Source of the DNA: an uncultured Verrucomicrobiae bacterium
Lineage (GTDB): Bacteria; Verrucomicrobiota; Verrucomicrobiia; Chthoniobacterales; UBA10450
DNA length: 64,000 bases
Assembly: GCA_963801815.1 (NCBI GenBank)
Contig: CAWDGJ010000003.1
Span: 800,001 to 864,000, forward strand
Direction of reading: 5' to 3'
Below, one piece after another: positions 19,566 to 29,187 of this stretch (position 1 is the first letter of the stretch; every line of letters begins with the position of its first letter). A program made the translations under genes and the position numbers. The notes beneath the pieces are model-generated. The model saw only the letters and a list, made by a program, of their open reading frames with translations, was not told the DNA's origin and made no database searches.

Positions 19566-20708
19566 ATGACCATCTTTGTTGGATGTGGGTTTGCGGCAAA
19601 ATACCTTCAGGGCGGCGGCAATTTCTCCGTTCCGTTGCAATGGATGCTCGGGTTGCGTCGGTTAAAGCAAGACGCGATCTGGCTCGAGCACCTGCCAAGC
19701 GAAGGCAACGCGCGCGACGATCAACGAAAGATCGACAACTTCCGGCGACAATTGCGAGCGCACGGCCTCACCGGCCGGTATTGTTTGCTCTATCACGAAA
19801 AGCCAGAGAGCGCGCACGATCTCGACGCGTTGCATTGCGTTGGAATGTCGCAGCGCGAGCTGCTTGATCGACTAGCCGGACCAAACACAATCCTGAATCT
19901 CAGTTATTCGATCCATCCGCCATTGCTCTTGAAATTCGAGCAACGCATTTTCTGCGACCTCGATCCTAGCGAGATCATGTACTGGATGACCAAGATGGAA
20001 CTGGGCCAATCGTCGCATCACGAATTCTGGACGATTGGACTCAACGTAAATGCCGCCGATTGCCTGTTGCCAAAATCGAATGTGAGATGGAAAACTTTTT
20101 TCCCGTTAGTCGATACCAAGTTGTATCAGCCGCGGCCGCGGCCGCGAGCCCTGAAGTTCACCACAATTGGACAATGGTATTGGAGCGGCGCGGTGGAAGT
20201 GGCCGGCGAATATCCCGATCTGTCGAAGAAACAGGCGTTTGAAAAATACCTCGATCTGCCGAAGCGAGTGCCGAAAGTGGAGTTCGAATTGGCGATGCAC
20301 ATGAATCCGGATGATCCCGAGCGGAAGCGGGTGCAGGAGCACGGCTGGCGACTTGCCAATCCACATACACTTGCGCGCACGCCGAAGAAATATCGTCACT
20401 ACCTGGCAAACGCACTGGGCGAATTTACGGCCATCAAAGGCGTGGACGTGAGCTGGCAAACCGGTTGGCTGAGCGACCGGGCCGCTGCATTCCTAGCGAC
20501 TGGCCGACCGGTAATTACCGAGAACAGCGGAGCGGAAAAATACTTGCCCGCCAAGAGTGGCTTCAATTTCGTTGGCGACCTGGACGGTGCCGTCGCTGCC
20601 GTTGAAGGTGTCCTGGCAACCTGGCCTCACCGTTCGCGCGAAGCCCGCGCGTGCGCGATGGAAGTCTTCGATTCGGTGAAAAATCTGAAGAAGATCATTG
20701 GTATGTGA
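19566..20708 (+). CDS. Uncharacterised glycosyltransferase-like protein (GT-B, CgeB-like C-terminus); paralog of 37826..38998
   Basis: Shared motifs GLRRL, DLDP, FTTIGQW, FELA, GEFT, TGWLSDRAAAFLATGRPVITE. Confidence 0.7.
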   Translation: MTIFVGCGFAAKYLQGGGNFSVPLQWMLGLRRLKQDAIWLEHLPSEGNARDDQRKIDNFRRQLRAHGLTGRYCLLYHEKPESAHDLDALHCVGMSQRELLDRLAGPNTILNLSYSIHPPLLLKFEQRIFCDLDPSEIMYWMTKMELGQSSHHEFWTIGLNVNAADCLLPKSNVRWKTFFPLVDTKLYQPRPRPRALKFTTIGQWYWSGAVEVAGEYPDLSKKQAFEKYLDLPKRVPKVEFELAMHMNPDDPERKRVQEHGWRLANPHTLARTPKKYRHYLANALGEFTAIKGVDVSWQTGWLSDRAAAFLATGRPVITENSGAEKYLPAKSGFNFVGDLDGAVAAVEGVLATWPHRSREARACAMEVFDSVKNLKKIIGM

Positions 20709-20841
20709 AGGGTGGATTGGCTTCTGCTAAGGCGATACGATTGCCGCTGGAGAGCACGAACAATCAACGGGTTCGGAGAACGCGTTCCACCCCCATTTAG
20801 CCATTGCAAAACGATTTTCGGGTGTTACTCGTTGTCCCGTT

Positions 20842-21126
20842 ATGCCCGAGTTGATGAAAGCCCCCGAGTTGAAAGAGCGCATGAAACGCATCCCGGAGTG
20901 GGAGCTGGAGAAGAAGCACATCGAACGCACTTTTGAGTTCGATGATTTCGCGGACGCTATCGATTTCGTGAATGCAGTGGGCGAGGTTGCTGAAGAAGAA
21001 GAGCATCATCCCGACATCGATATTCGTTACAACAAAGTCCGTTTGCTGCTTTCAACCCATAGCAAGGGCGGCCTGACAGAATTGGATTTCTCGCTTGCCG
21101 AGCGAATCGACACATTGTCAGAGTGA
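20842..21126 (+). CDS. phhB: Pterin-4-alpha-carbinolamine dehydratase
   Basis: FDDFADAIDFVN, HHPDI, LSTHSKGGLTELD. Confidence 0.92.
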   Translation: MPELMKAPELKERMKRIPEWELEKKHIERTFEFDDFADAIDFVNAVGEVAEEEEHHPDIDIRYNKVRLLLSTHSKGGLTELDFSLAERIDTLSE

Positions 21127-21143
21127 CAAGTGATGGGTGACGA

Positions 21144-21278
21144 GTGACAAGAAAAGTCGTAGCGACACTCGTCGTAATTCTCGTGGTGATCGCGGTCTGG
21201 AAGTTTATTGACTGGCGGATGCGGCCACCACCTCCGCCAAACAAGATCGTAATCCCTGTCCCAGCGCCATCCCCATAG
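21144..21278 (+). CDS. Small membrane-anchored proline-rich protein (44 aa), below ORF-track cutoff
   Basis: GTG start; MTRKVVATLVVILVVIAVWKFIDWRMRPPPPPNKIVIPVPAPSP*. Confidence 0.6.
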   Translation: MTRKVVATLVVILVVIAVWKFIDWRMRPPPPPNKIVIPVPAPSP

Positions 21279-21321
21279 GGTCGAAGTGACCAACTGGTCA
21301 CCGGTCGCTCGTCACCTCTAT

Positions 21322-21777
21322 TTAGTCCGGCGCAGTCTGGAGTTTTTGGTTGCCAACCAAGAGTCGGCCTTCGTCCGCGTCGATGAATGTGAACATAGTC
21401 TGGATTTCCGATCGCCCGGCCATCCCCGCTTCTTTCTTCCGGCGTTTTAAAATTTCCGACAATTCATCATTCCAGCCCCGTTTGCGCATAAATTCGTTCC
21501 AGACGTAGACCTCATCGTCCGATGGCCGATTCCCGATGCTGAAACACCACTGCAAAATTTCCTCGTCGCTGCCGCCGTCCTTCACTCGTTCTGCGAGTTG
21601 ACCGTAATCGACGCGCAAGAACGTGCAGCAGCTTGCGTCGAATCCGCGGCCAAGATTTGCCTGATAATCGGGGGACAGCTGTTCTTTGCCGTGCTGACGA
21701 ATCTTGTCGAGCATACGGCCGAAATAAACGATACCGCCCACTTTCAACGCCGGGCTGCGCAGGCCTAACTCCCTCAT
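21322..21777 (-). CDS. DUF5069 domain-containing protein
   Basis: LRSP..KVGGIVYFGRMLDKIR; C-terminal FIDADEGR. Confidence 0.8.
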   Translation of the reverse strand: MRELGLRSPALKVGGIVYFGRMLDKIRQHGKEQLSPDYQANLGRGFDASCCTFLRVDYGQLAERVKDGGSDEEILQWCFSIGNRPSDDEVYVWNEFMRKRGWNDELSEILKRRKKEAGMAGRSEIQTMFTFIDADEGRLLVGNQKLQTAPD

Positions 21778-21824
21778 CGGGCAGCGAGTGTGCGCTCTTT
21801 TTACGCGACTTTCAAGTCTGGCGT

Positions 21825-23858
21825 CTAATACCCGACTACGCGGATTTCTTGGGTGAGCTCGGCCGGCGGTCCGTATAAAGCCTGGTTTAACTCCTTCTCG
21901 CTAAGATCGAAGATGAAAATCGAGTAACCGGCCTGAGCCACAGGCGGGCGATGCCGCAGATAAGCACATAGCCGTTCGAACCGAAGCCGTTCGAACGTTC
22001 GGGTTTTCTTCAGCCACGGGACCGCGCCGGCATTCGCGACCAAAGCAACACGCTCCGCTGAATTTGAGGCGGTAGCTCGATAGAGTTCCCGTTCTGCGAG
22101 CGCGGCTTGATACTGTTGCTCGTAAGCCCGTGCCCACAATCCGATCTCGGGCGCGTACACACTCTGGAGGGTCGTTGCGCTGACGCAATAAATGCCGGCG
22201 CGCAACGGCGCAAACGACCGGTCTCCGCTCAGATGATCTTCAGGAAGACATTTGGCGTCGACGTCGTACCAGCGCGGATCGGCTACGCCGAAGTAACCAA
22301 GATATAACGGCTTTCCGTCGACAAGTTGCGAGTGGTTGTCGATCCAGTGTTTGAGTGTCGGCAAGTCTTGTCCCCAGTCGAGTGAGCTATCGACCAAATG
22401 CTGGTAGCCGCGACTCGGTCCGCCGGCGACTTGATTGAAATAAGCGAGATAGTCTGGGCGAACGGCAAGCGATTCTCTGATTTGCCAGAGTAGAAGTACC
22501 GCAACCGCCGCGGCGAGAATCGTTCGCCGGTTTCTTTGCAACAGAGACGCGACTGCACCGCAACCGACAAAGACCGCAGGATAAATAGGTAGAATGTGCC
22601 GGTGTCCGATATTGAGCGAACTGGAGGTTGCAAAAGCGCCGTAAATGCAAGCGAAGGACAAGAGCGGATTCGTGAACCATGTCGGCTCCTGATTCTCTGG
22701 TGATTTGTTCCAACGCGTAATTGCGGCAAGGAGCGCAACAAGCAACAAGAGCAAGATTGGCAACGGCGTTTTGTAGAGGAAGGCGAGCGGAAAAAATGAA
22801 GCGAACCCGATAATGCTCCAGCTGCCATCGAGGAAGGCGGGCCGGCTCTCTGCGCTCTTTTGGGTGTAAGCGAGCCCGCAGAGGTAAGCCTCCGGCAGCA
22901 AGTGATGCACACGCGCATACCCAATCGCATTTTGAATCCCAGTGTGATCCAAAAGGACTGCTTCCCAGCGGTCATTCCAAACCTCTCTGGATGGGCCGAT
23001 GTCGGTCAGGGCCGAGTAGCGAAACGAGAACGATAACCAAATGGCAAAGACGATTGTTCCGCCGAGAAAGAGCGCTGCGCCGACAAGGGCAAACGCCTTC
23101 TTCCATCTCTTCGAAACAAAGATTCGAAATTTGAACAATTCCAGCGGGATCTCTTGATGTGACAAGATTGGCCAGATCAACATGGTGGCGACAACTGGCA
23201 AGATGATCGGCGCCGAGAATTTCGTGAGAAAAAGTCCGGACAAACTTAACCCGGCGAACGTCAATCGTGCAGGCGAGATCTTCTGGAACAATCGCCAACA
23301 GCTCCAGATTGTGGCCGTAAAAAAGAACGCGGCCGCGACGTCGGACGTGACGAGAGCACTGTGCGCCAGAAAATTAGGATCGAACGCGGCAAGCGTTTCG
23401 GCGACCAGTCCACCGATCACGCCGAAAAATTCGCGCGCGATTCGATAGACTAGAAGGCAAACGCCAATACCGAAGATCGACATCATTAGCCGTGCCTGCG
23501 CGAGCATTCGATCAGGATCGTTGCCAAGTTCGTAAAGAAACCTGTGGGCGGTGTCGCCCTCATCCGCGTACTGCCAGGCTGAATCGTTAGGTGAAAGAAA
23601 CCTTGTATCGCCAGACCGAAGGGGAAGCGCGGCCCAGCGCGCGATAAGATTTCCATTTTCAGGATCGAGGCGAAAATCATTCCTGACCCAGTAGCTGAAG
23701 CCTGCCGCGAGATGTTGCGGTTCGTCGAACGTCGGAGACTTCGTGTTTATCGCTGTGACCGCCATGAAGCCCTGCAGCAGTGCGATCAGGATCGCAAAAA
23801 GCCAAATTGAACGCTCGCTCGACAGCACGAGAAACAGCGGGAAGCACGCCGCGTGCAA
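21825..23858 (-). CDS. GT-C (ArnT/PMT, GT39-like) membrane glycosyltransferase
   Basis: SPTFDEPQH, ALVTSD, TKFSA, NIGHRH, YLAYFN, DSSLDWGQDL; many TM helices; start uncertain. Confidence 0.85.
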   Translation of the reverse strand: MHAACFPLFLVLSSERSIWLFAILIALLQGFMAVTAINTKSPTFDEPQHLAAGFSYWVRNDFRLDPENGNLIARWAALPLRSGDTRFLSPNDSAWQYADEGDTAHRFLYELGNDPDRMLAQARLMMSIFGIGVCLLVYRIAREFFGVIGGLVAETLAAFDPNFLAHSALVTSDVAAAFFFTATIWSCWRLFQKISPARLTFAGLSLSGLFLTKFSAPIILPVVATMLIWPILSHQEIPLELFKFRIFVSKRWKKAFALVGAALFLGGTIVFAIWLSFSFRYSALTDIGPSREVWNDRWEAVLLDHTGIQNAIGYARVHHLLPEAYLCGLAYTQKSAESRPAFLDGSWSIIGFASFFPLAFLYKTPLPILLLLLVALLAAITRWNKSPENQEPTWFTNPLLSFACIYGAFATSSSLNIGHRHILPIYPAVFVGCGAVASLLQRNRRTILAAAVAVLLLWQIRESLAVRPDYLAYFNQVAGGPSRGYQHLVDSSLDWGQDLPTLKHWIDNHSQLVDGKPLYLGYFGVADPRWYDVDAKCLPEDHLSGDRSFAPLRAGIYCVSATTLQSVYAPEIGLWARAYEQQYQAALAERELYRATASNSAERVALVANAGAVPWLKKTRTFERLRFERLCAYLRHRPPVAQAGYSIFIFDLSEKELNQALYGPPAELTQEIRVVGY

Positions 23859-23863
23859 AATCC

Positions 23864-23940
23864 TTTAGCGATTTAGCGATTCAGTGATTTAATGATTGGT
23901 TCGCGAATCGCTAAGTCTCTAACTCGTTAATTCATTAAAT
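23864..23940. repeat. Inverted octamer tandem arrays (TTTAGCGA-type) in a divergent intergenic region
   Basis: tttagcga-tttagcga-ttcagtga-tttaatga ... aatcgcta-agtctcta-actcgtta-attcatta. Confidence 0.7.
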
Positions 23941-23943
23941 ACC

Positions 23944-25374
23944 GTGGACCGGATCGTTGGGATCGAGACCGAATATGGCTGCCTGATGAGCAGTGAGGAA
24001 TTGCGCTGCAACTCGGAGGTTTGGCCTGCCAAGGTGAAGAATTATCTCTTCAACAAGGCTGCAGCAGGCACAATTGATCTTCACTATCGCGATTACGAAG
24101 AGCCGCCGGGCAATGGCGGTTTTCTTTTGAACGGCGGCCGGCTCTATCTTGACATGGGTCACATCGAATATGCGTCGCCCGAATGTTTGCATCTGCATGA
24201 TCTCGTCACTTACGAAATGGCCGGTGACGCTCTGCTGCGCGAATCGCTTGCCGCGCTCGAAGCGAGCGATCGCGTTTCATTCATCAAGAACAATGTCGAT
24301 CATCACACCGGCGCGACTTTTGGTTGTCACGAAAACTATTTGATGAAGCGTGAGGCGCAGTTCACGCCGTCCGTGCTTGGCACGTTGCTCACGTTTCTAG
24401 CAACCCGACAAATCTTCACCGGGGCCGGCCGAGTGGGGCAGGCGAATCCGCTGGCGTTCGATTTCGAACCGCCGCAAGCGGAGACGCCGGTGGCGTTTCA
24501 GTTGAGTCAGCGCGCCGATCACATCGTTAACGACATCTACCAGTGGGTGCAATTTAATCGCGCCATAATCAATGCGCGCGACGAGCCGCTGGCCGATTAT
24601 CGCAAATATCGCCGGCTCCATTTGCTCATCGGCGATTCCAACATGAGCCCGTTCGCCAACGCGTTGAAAATCGGCACGACGGCATGCGTGCTGTCGCTCC
24701 TCGAGCAACGTCAGTTGCCGCGCAATCTTGTGCTCAACGATGCCGTCCGCAGCACCCGCGACATTTCGCGCGATCCGACCCGCAAATGGATTGTCGATCT
24801 TGAGAATGGCAAGACCATCGGCGCGCTCGATGTGCAATGGCAATTCCACGATCTCGCCCAGCGACATTTGCGAGAAAGAGATCCGGAGACTGATTGGTTG
24901 CTCGAAACCTGGAGTTTTGTGCTCGAATCAATCGAGCAAAATCCGCAGGCGCTTATCGGCGGGGTCGATTGGATCACTAAGAAATGGTTACTCGAAGCGT
25001 TTATGGAATCGGAAAAAATCGGCTGGGACAATCCATGGCTGCAAAGTTTGGATCTCGAGTATCACAACATCGATCCCGCGCACGGATTGTTCTTCAGCGT
25101 CACGCCTGGCAAACGCGTCGCGGAATGGAACAACAGTTTTCAGCCGGCAAACGCTACCCGCGTTCCGCCCGCCAACACGCGCGCATCCGGCCGCGCCCGC
25201 GCCGTCGCCTATTTCCAGGATCGACATCAACCTTACGTTATCAATTGGGACTCCGTCGCCCACGACAGCCGCGACTTCCTCGTTATGGGCGACCCGTTCG
25301 AAACCTACAACGACGAAGTCGATAAATTTCTCGCCAAACCACGGCCGGCTTCGAACCACGAAGATCACGAATGA
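23944..25374 (+). CDS. pafA: Pup/UBact-protein ligase family (PafA-like)
   Basis: GIETEYG, NGGRLYLD, EYASPEC, GCHENY, SQRADHI, RDEP, YRRLH, GDSNMS, DLEYHNI. Confidence 0.85.
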   Translation: MDRIVGIETEYGCLMSSEELRCNSEVWPAKVKNYLFNKAAAGTIDLHYRDYEEPPGNGGFLLNGGRLYLDMGHIEYASPECLHLHDLVTYEMAGDALLRESLAALEASDRVSFIKNNVDHHTGATFGCHENYLMKREAQFTPSVLGTLLTFLATRQIFTGAGRVGQANPLAFDFEPPQAETPVAFQLSQRADHIVNDIYQWVQFNRAIINARDEPLADYRKYRRLHLLIGDSNMSPFANALKIGTTACVLSLLEQRQLPRNLVLNDAVRSTRDISRDPTRKWIVDLENGKTIGALDVQWQFHDLAQRHLRERDPETDWLLETWSFVLESIEQNPQALIGGVDWITKKWLLEAFMESEKIGWDNPWLQSLDLEYHNIDPAHGLFFSVTPGKRVAEWNNSFQPANATRVPPANTRASGRARAVAYFQDRHQPYVINWDSVAHDSRDFLVMGDPFETYNDEVDKFLAKPRPASNHEDHE

Positions 25375-25572
25375 CACGAACGGGAAGCGAGCTCGAAACG
25401 GTTTGGGTGCCGCTCAAGAATCTCTGAGCAACTTTGGAAAGACATGTGCGCGAGGAGTTGGCGCGCCGGAAAAGGAATTCGCAGACGGCGAGCCGCACGA
25501 CATGAAGGTTTATTATCCGGTCGATCCGAGAGAGTTGCCGAAAGAATTGGCAGGCGTTAAGTGGCCGCCATC

Positions 25573-26214
25573 ATGAGCGCCGCAGACAGAGTCATCGGTC
25601 AGTGCCGGAAGCCATCAGGATTGTTTGGCCGGTTTATCTTATGGGACATGAATCGGCATCATTCGAAGTTGACCGATTGGGGATTGAGTTACGTCACGAT
25701 TGAGAAAACCGATACGATTCTCGATGTCGGTTGTGGCGGCGGCCGGACGATCAACAAACTCGCGAACATGGCCGAAAAAGTTCACGGGATCGACTACTCG
25801 GAAGAAAGTGTGGCCGTCGCACATCGGAACAACAGGCGCTGGATCGACATCGGCCGAGTCAGTATCCGAGAGGGAACAGTTTCTCAGTTGGCCTTTCCGG
25901 ATGGCACATTCGATTTGGTCACCGCGATCGAGACGCATTTGTTTTGGCCGGATTTGCCGAACGACTTCCGCGAAATCTTCCGCGTTCTAAAATCCGGCGG
26001 CCAGCTGTTAATCGTTGCCGAGATTTATAAAGGCGGAAAACATCTGGATGGCGTTCGAAAGCAGATTTTGGAAAAGCACCTTGCCGCGAATATGAACCTT
26101 CTTACGCCGGATGAGCATCGCGAGCTTTTGACCAACGCCGGTTTCTCCGACGTTGAGATTTTTGAAGAGCTCGACAAAGGCTGGATCTGCGTCGTCGGGA
26201 AAAAGCCGCGATAA
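25573..26214 (+). CDS. Class I SAM-dependent methyltransferase
   Basis: QCRKPSGLFGR N-terminus, ILDVGCGGG, FDLVTAIETH. Confidence 0.9.
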   Translation: MSAADRVIGQCRKPSGLFGRFILWDMNRHHSKLTDWGLSYVTIEKTDTILDVGCGGGRTINKLANMAEKVHGIDYSEESVAVAHRNNRRWIDIGRVSIREGTVSQLAFPDGTFDLVTAIETHLFWPDLPNDFREIFRVLKSGGQLLIVAEIYKGGKHLDGVRKQILEKHLAANMNLLTPDEHRELLTNAGFSDVEIFEELDKGWICVVGKKPR

Positions 26215-26216
26215 AT

Positions 26217-26795
26217 TCAGATTAGACCGAGCGCGTAAACGGTTGGGCCATCGATCACACCGTTCACTTCCAGTCCTTCATCCTGTTGGTAGGCGCTGAT
26301 CGCTTGACGCGTTGCCGGACTCAATGCCCCGCTGATCCCGCCGCTATAGTATCCCAATTCTTGAAGCGCGCGCTGGACATTCACGATGACCTGGTCGGGA
26401 AGAAGATTTCCGTAGGTGAAAATCGGGCCGTCGTAATCGTAAGCCTCGTAGTTCGGATCGTAGCCCCACGCGGGGAACCAGTAGCCCGCATCGAAATAAT
26501 AATATCCGCCGCCAACTAAAACGAAGGTGGTGAAATGGCGCTTCCACCAAAAACGGGTGTGCCGCGCGTGTTGATATCGGCCGACCGCGTTCGAGTAGGG
26601 GACAACATTGGCGGGTTTTCGCGCTGGAGCAGTCGTCATTGGCGCACGCGCAGTTGGGGGCGGCTTCCGAGCTACGTGGACTGGCTTGGGTTTCTGCGAA
26701 GTCGCCGTTGGGGAGTTGCCTGGCAACACGGTTTGCGCTCGTACCGCCGGTGCGATCGCGGCTGCGCAAACGAATGCGAGAAGAAGACGCCTCAC
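26217..26795 (-). CDS. Exported peptidoglycan-binding domain protein
   Basis: Signal peptide; aromatic-rich segment; C-terminal VQRALQELGYY...TRQAISAYQQDEGL..NGVID. Confidence 0.85.
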   Translation of the reverse strand: MRRLLLAFVCAAAIAPAVRAQTVLPGNSPTATSQKPKPVHVARKPPPTARAPMTTAPARKPANVVPYSNAVGRYQHARHTRFWWKRHFTTFVLVGGGYYYFDAGYWFPAWGYDPNYEAYDYDGPIFTYGNLLPDQVIVNVQRALQELGYYSGGISGALSPATRQAISAYQQDEGLEVNGVIDGPTVYALGLI

Positions 26796-26898
26796 GCCTG
26801 TTTGACATTGTTTCGGTCAGTTTTGTTCGGCTCGGGAAGCGGTAGCGGGAGTAGGCTGAAAAATGGAATTAAAAAATGTGCTTGCGGGTTGTGAGTTA

Positions 26899-26920
26899 GT
26901 GTTATAGTTAACTATAACAC
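26899..26920. promoter_or_regulatory. YtrA/GntR-type operator palindrome overlapping an extended -10 element
   Basis: Perfect 22-bp palindrome GTGTTATAGTT-AACTATAACAC containing TGnTATAGT, about 70 nt upstream of the GntR start. Confidence 0.8.
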
Positions 26921-26989
26921 ATATGAGGGACAGAGAACGATTGAAGCGAAATTTTGCAACCCGGTTGGGGACGTTCTCCGCAAAACAGG

Positions 26990-27376
26990 ATGAATCGTGA
27001 ATGGAACGATAGTCAGCCGATTTATCGCCAACTGCGCGATCGCGTCGTTCATATGATCCTCGACGGCGTGCTCAAGGAAGGCGATCCGTTGCCATCGGTG
27101 CGCAACGTTGCCGCCGAATCTCGAATCAATCCGCTCACGGTCCTTAAAGCCTATCAAGAATTAGTCGATGAGGAGCTGGTCGAGAAAAGGCGAGGCCTCG
27201 GCATGTTTGTGAAAACGGATGCGCGGGAGTTTTTGCTAAAAGGCGAACGCCAAAAGTTCTTGAACGAGCATTGGCCGCGCGTTCACGCCACGATTCAACG
27301 CCTCGGCTTGAATCCGAAGGACTTGCTCGATGCCGCAGCGCGTCACTCCGCCAAAATTGGAAAGGAGAAACTTTAA
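26990..27376 (+). CDS. GntR family regulator, YtrA subfamily
   Basis: PIYRQL, LPSVRNVA, INPLTVLKAYQEL, RRGLGMFV; short C-domain; followed by ABC genes. Confidence 0.93.
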   Translation: MNREWNDSQPIYRQLRDRVVHMILDGVLKEGDPLPSVRNVAAESRINPLTVLKAYQELVDEELVEKRRGLGMFVKTDAREFLLKGERQKFLNEHWPRVHATIQRLGLNPKDLLDAAARHSAKIGKEKL

Positions 27377-27377
27377 C

Positions 27378-28265
27378 ATGGCCTGCATTGAAGCACATGG
27401 CCTTCGCAAGGTGTATGGGACAACAGTCGCCCTTGATAACGTTGATCTTCGTATCGAGGAAGGCCGCATTCTCGGAGTAATCGGGCCGAACGGCGCTGGC
27501 AAAACAACGGCCTTGAACGCGATTCTCGGCCTCACCGCATACCAAGGAGAACTGAAAGTGCTTGGCCGCGACCCCTGGGCCGAGCGCGATCAGCTCATGC
27601 GCGATGTCTCGTTCATTGCCGACGTTGCAGTGTTGCCGCGTTGGATCCGAGTTTCACAATTGCTCGACTACGTCGCCGGCGTGCATCCGAAATTCGATCG
27701 GACGAAAGCGGAAGGATTTTTGGCGAAGACAACGATCAAACGCACGAGCAAGGTCAGAGAGCTATCGAAGGGTATGGTGGCGCAGCTGCATCTTGCAGTT
27801 GTGATGGCCATCGACGCCAAATTGCTTGTCCTGGATGAGCCCACCCTCGGTCTCGATATTTTGTATCGAAAACAGTTCTACGATTCGTTGCTCAACGATT
27901 ACTTCGACGGCAAGCGCACAATCATCGTGACGACGCACCAGGTCGAAGAAGTTCAAGATGTGCTGACGGACCTCATGTTCATTGATCACGGCCGGATCGT
28001 GCTCGAATGCAGCATGGAGGAATTCGAGTCACGCTACTTGGAATTGATGGTGCATCCGGACCATCTCGCGGGTGCGCGCTCGCTCAAGCCGATGAACGAA
28101 CGCCAGCTTTTCGGCCGCAGCATCATGTTATTCGATCATGTCGATCGTGGCCAGCTTGCCGCGCTCGGTGATGTGCGCACGCCGACGATCGCCGACTTGT
28201 TTGTAGCGGTGATGGGAAATTCAGCCATCACAAGTCAGCAGTCGGAGGTCAGAGAACTGAAATGA
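27378..28265 (+). CDS. ABC transporter ATP-binding protein (YtrB-like)
   Basis: GPNGAGKTT, LSKGM, LLVLDEPT; AAGGAG SD. Confidence 0.93.
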   Translation: MACIEAHGLRKVYGTTVALDNVDLRIEEGRILGVIGPNGAGKTTALNAILGLTAYQGELKVLGRDPWAERDQLMRDVSFIADVAVLPRWIRVSQLLDYVAGVHPKFDRTKAEGFLAKTTIKRTSKVRELSKGMVAQLHLAVVMAIDAKLLVLDEPTLGLDILYRKQFYDSLLNDYFDGKRTIIVTTHQVEEVQDVLTDLMFIDHGRIVLECSMEEFESRYLELMVHPDHLAGARSLKPMNERQLFGRSIMLFDHVDRGQLAALGDVRTPTIADLFVAVMGNSAITSQQSEVRELK

Positions 28266-29158
28266 ATACGGAACCATCAGGCGCGCCATCTCATCAGCAA
28301 CATGCGACGAAGCCATTTGCGTGGTCGCTGCGGCGTGAGTTGTGGGAAAACAAGTCGATTTATATAGCGCCGCTCATTGTCGCTGCGGTGATTTTGTTTG
28401 GAGCGCTGATCGGATCGGGGCATCTCCCCGATCGCAGACGTATGGCCCTGTTGCTCGATCCGGGACACCGGCGGGCGGCAATCGAGATGCCTTACAACAT
28501 TGCCGCGATGGTGATCATTCTCACCGCATTCATCGTCGGATTGTTTTACTGTCTTGATGCGCTTTACGGAGAACGCCGCGAACGCAGTATTTTATTTTGG
28601 AAGTCGCTGCCGGTTTCCGATCTCACAACCGTTCTTTCGAAGGTAAGCATTCCGCTGGTGGTCCTCCCGGCGATCATTCTGCCCATTATCGTCGTCACAC
28701 AATTCATCATGATGCTGATTAGTAGTGTGGCGCTAATGCAGAGTGGATTGAGTTCGACGACTTGGACGAATTTCAATCTTGTTCAGCAGTCGGTGATCCT
28801 GATTTACAGCTTAATCGTGATCGCGCTCTGGCACGCGCCGATCTACGGCTGGGCGCTGCTTATTTCGGGGATTGCGCGGCGCGCGACATTCCTTTGGGCG
28901 GTGATGCCGTTTATCGCGATCAGCATCTTTGAAAAGATCACCTTCAACACGACGTATTTTTTCTCGATGATGAAGAACCGCGTGTTTGGTGCCGGTGACG
29001 CAGCGTTCAATCTGCACGGCAGTTTTTCGATCGATTCATTGGCGCAACTCACGCCTGGCAGATTTCTGAGCGCTCCCGGCCTGTGGCTCGGGTTGATATT
29101 TGCCGTTGCATTTGTGATCGCCGCAATTCGACAGCGGCGTTATCGCGGACCGCTTTAG
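28262..29158 (+). CDS. ABC transporter permease
   Basis: RRELWEN, ERRERSILFWKSLPVSD; about 6 TM. Confidence 0.85.
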   Translation: MNTEPSGAPSHQQHATKPFAWSLRRELWENKSIYIAPLIVAAVILFGALIGSGHLPDRRRMALLLDPGHRRAAIEMPYNIAAMVIILTAFIVGLFYCLDALYGERRERSILFWKSLPVSDLTTVLSKVSIPLVVLPAIILPIIVVTQFIMMLISSVALMQSGLSSTTWTNFNLVQQSVILIYSLIVIALWHAPIYGWALLISGIARRATFLWAVMPFIAISIFEKITFNTTYFFSMMKNRVFGAGDAAFNLHGSFSIDSLAQLTPGRFLSAPGLWLGLIFAVAFVIAAIRQRRYRGPL

Positions 29159-29187
29159 GAAACGCTGAAAACTGAAATCTGAAACCT

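Noticed and set aside
25403..25576. 57-aa ORF after pafA as a candidate UBact/Pup modifier
   Set aside because: Ends in KWPPS rather than G-E/Q; more likely a gene remnant, preceded by a short 9-mer repeat (cacgaa units at about 25357-25380)
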